Shown piece by piece: positions 61,749-64,000 of a stretch of DNA of 64,000 nucleotides. The notes under the pieces are model-generated. The model was not told the DNA's origin and did no database searches. It saw nothing but the letters and a program-made list of their open reading frames with translations. Each line of letters begins with the position of its first letter. Within the stretch, counting starts at the first letter, position 1. Both the position numbers and the translations under genes were made by a program. Source of the DNA: Acidobacteriota bacterium (GTDB lineage Bacteria > Acidobacteriota > UBA6911); contig OY761556.1 in assembly GCA_963664705.1 (NCBI GenBank), forward strand, positions 512,001-576,000, read 5' to 3'.

Positions 61749-63707
61749 TTGCTAAATGAAATGACTGGAAGAAATTTCTTAACAGGTTCAATGGATTTTC
61801 CAACATCCATTCCCGAACTTCAGCCGGATAGCCCATGGCTGGCATCGTTTCCTGAGGAAGCCAGATCCAAGATAGAGTTATATCTAGCAGAAGGCAGTCC
61901 AAACGTGTTGTGTGCGGGAGTTGACGGGGAGCTTTCGCAATTCAAGCTAAATGCCCGGTCCTGTTTGGACAGAATTGAAAGCAAGATACTTCAATTGTCC
62001 GAGTCCGTTCCTCCTCAAAGCCGCGTAATCTGGTGCCTGGAAAACCTTGAAACCAGAGGACTCGAAGACTTCGAAGCTCTCGCCGTGTTTGGTTTGTGGC
62101 TGGATATAGACTTTATTGCCCAGACGGGGCGCGGAAGCGCGCTGAGCCGAATCATTCTTGCCGGTTGTCTGCGCGAAACCAATCTCGGACTATGGTTCCG
62201 CCTGGCATTACCTCGTGGACGCGGCAGCATATTAAGCTGGATTTCCCTGGCGATGATTCGAGCATCAGGGATGCCTATCGCAGCCGTTGCCATGGGATTG
62301 GAGGAGGCACAGAAGCTGTCCTTGCCCTCCGGCCGAGCCCTTGTTTCGATGCTCCGGCATTTGATTCTGAAGGATTCGATAGGGATTGCCCTGTTCGTGT
62401 CCCATTCACAGTTGCAGTCTGCATTCTGCGATCTACAGGCGGAGACCGACCGATTGCGTCAGCTGTTGGGCGTGTCTTGCCCCATTCGTCATGTTTGCTT
62501 CGAGAGTCCAATCCCTACGAATTTGCCTGGCCTCGTAAACGACGCAATGCGGCGGGCCAATCTATGTGTAGACAGTTCGCTTCCGGCCACCCAAACTGTC
62601 GAGCAAAACTCGGAGCGCAACGTGTTGCCGTTTCTGGGTGGTGGCGCCTATCAGTGCCAGCCTTTCGATATCAGGATACCTGCGGGTTTGTGGGGCAGGG
62701 ATAATTTTATGGAACTGCCAAGAGTGCCGCTGGAGGACGTGCACAAAATCGTCGGCCAATCCTGCACAAATGGGTGGCGACGACAATCTTCATTAGGCGA
62801 ACTGGCGCAGTTGCTTGACTGGGGTAGAATGGAGAAGTATCACCAGAACGACGGCGAATCTCTCCTGCATGCACGGCTATATGATCATTACCGTATATAC
62901 AATTGGCCGCCACCCGACGTTTCTCCGCGGACGGTGCTTGTGGATTGCGGCACACTAAACCATCCCATTCGCGCATTGGGTGCCATCCGGAAAATTGCCC
63001 GCCTGCGCCGGGCAGTCGGTTCGCGCGGCCGGATTCTGGGGGCAGCGGCGCTTTATTCTTCAGCCCAAGCCGAGGCCGCAGAGAGAGTTTCTTCGAGCAT
63101 CCAAGCCGTTTTGGATCAACAGGTGCACGGCCATGAATATTTATCGTCGGCCCAAACCAGCAGCATGCTGCGGCAGGATGTCAGAGATTTCCTGGAATTC
63201 CTCCCCCGGAAACTTGGTCGAACCATGGAAATAGGCAGCGGCACGGGTCAATTGGCGGCTGAACTGGCGGCGAGGTCAACATTTTTTCTGTGCCTTGATC
63301 TATATGTGCGTACCGGGAAAAGAGTCGATTCTCAAATACTGTTTGAGACAGCCGCTGATGTACATAATCTGCCTTGTGTCGGCAATGCATTTGACTCCGT
63401 GATCGCCAACAACTCGCTGGAACACCTATACGACCCACTCCGCTGCTTGCAGGAAGTTCATCGGGTTTTGCGGCCGCAGGGAAGCCTCTATGCGCTTATT
63501 CCACTGGATGCCCTGCACCCTGAATATGATCTTTGGGCTCATTTGTGGAAAGCAGACACTGAAAGCATCGCGAATGCGTTTGCTGCGGCCGGATTTGAGA
63601 TGGTCCGGTGCGAAGTTGTCGACATCTACACTTTGGGTGTGGCCGGTTGCTTTCCCAGTTGCAACGGAATGGTGTGCAAGGTAGAAGCCAGGAAACGTGA
63701 TATATAG
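61749..63707 (+). CDS. Multidomain protein with C-terminal class I SAM methyltransferase (start uncertain)
   Basis: MEIGSGTG, FDSVIANNSLEH, RVLRPQG; N-terminal ~450 aa unassigned. Confidence 0.78.
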   Translation: MLNEMTGRNFLTGSMDFPTSIPELQPDSPWLASFPEEARSKIELYLAEGSPNVLCAGVDGELSQFKLNARSCLDRIESKILQLSESVPPQSRVIWCLENLETRGLEDFEALAVFGLWLDIDFIAQTGRGSALSRIILAGCLRETNLGLWFRLALPRGRGSILSWISLAMIRASGMPIAAVAMGLEEAQKLSLPSGRALVSMLRHLILKDSIGIALFVSHSQLQSAFCDLQAETDRLRQLLGVSCPIRHVCFESPIPTNLPGLVNDAMRRANLCVDSSLPATQTVEQNSERNVLPFLGGGAYQCQPFDIRIPAGLWGRDNFMELPRVPLEDVHKIVGQSCTNGWRRQSSLGELAQLLDWGRMEKYHQNDGESLLHARLYDHYRIYNWPPPDVSPRTVLVDCGTLNHPIRALGAIRKIARLRRAVGSRGRILGAAALYSSAQAEAAERVSSSIQAVLDQQVHGHEYLSSAQTSSMLRQDVRDFLEFLPRKLGRTMEIGSGTGQLAAELAARSTFFLCLDLYVRTGKRVDSQILFETAADVHNLPCVGNAFDSVIANNSLEHLYDPLRCLQEVHRVLRPQGSLYALIPLDALHPEYDLWAHLWKADTESIANAFAAAGFEMVRCEVVDIYTLGVAGCFPSCNGMVCKVEARKRDI

Positions 63708-63721
63708 GAGCGGATCATACA

Positions 63722-64000
63722 ATGTGCGGACTGGTTGGAGCATTCAATCCCGGCGGTAATCAGGTGTGCAGCAATGAATCGCTGGCATCAATGCGGGATC
63801 GCATGGCACATCGCGGGCCTGATGGCGAAGGACTGTGGCGTTCAGCTGAAGGCAGTTGCGCATTAGGACATCGCAGGCTGTCGATCATTGACCTTTCGGC
63901 TTCCGCCGCGCAGCCGATGGCAAACCAGGATGGCAGTGTAGTGCTTGTATTCAATGGCGAGATATATAACCACCTGGAACTGCGCCGTGAACTGGAAAAG
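63722..64000 (+). CDS. asnB: Asparagine synthase (glutamine-hydrolysing) family amidotransferase, 5' fragment
   Basis: MCGLVG, HRGPDG, LGHRRLSIIDLS, QPM, FNGEIYNH; missing from the ORF track because it runs off the window. Confidence 0.92.
   Translation, partial: MCGLVGAFNPGGNQVCSNESLASMRDRMAHRGPDGEGLWRSAEGSCALGHRRLSIIDLSASAAQPMANQDGSVVLVFNGEIYNHLELRRELEK

Overview
A gene-dense, mostly housekeeping bacterial segment of moderately high GC. It is probably Acidobacteriota, inferred from an acidobacterial-type VWA protein, hopanoid-modification genes and the overall gene style. In order: a GT2 3' end; a minus-strand pdxB-hpnI-hpnK-EamA-DegT block; accD; ligA; an RsbW/RsbV-like pair; pyrE-truA-uppS-cdsA-dxr-rseP; yebC-ruvC; an orphan nuoF-HDAC-MEMO1 operon; an ECF sigma/zf-HC2 anti-sigma pair followed by a ~200 bp REPIN-like palindrome; an Hsp20-Hsp20-clpB-htpX-grpE cluster; an OPT transporter; ileS-lspA-lolA-suhB-yqeY-uvrC; pgsA, AMMECR1, site-2 protease and USP; an orphan emfourin beside an atypical ECF sigma; mpl; a ChlI-like ATPase/VWA pair; and the start of an ABC-transporter-dependent (Wzm/Wzt) glycan locus whose proteins carry unusual fusions and insertions. 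I saw no rRNA, tRNA, CRISPR array or intact transposase. The strongest non-coding signal is about a dozen gene junctions carrying short arrays with 7-nt phase (mostly RRATNNN), often as inverted pairs and sometimes absorbed into protein termini. There are also several apparently leaderless promoters and a HAIR-like operator shared by both Hsp20 genes. All product calls come from motif recognition by eye, not database searches.
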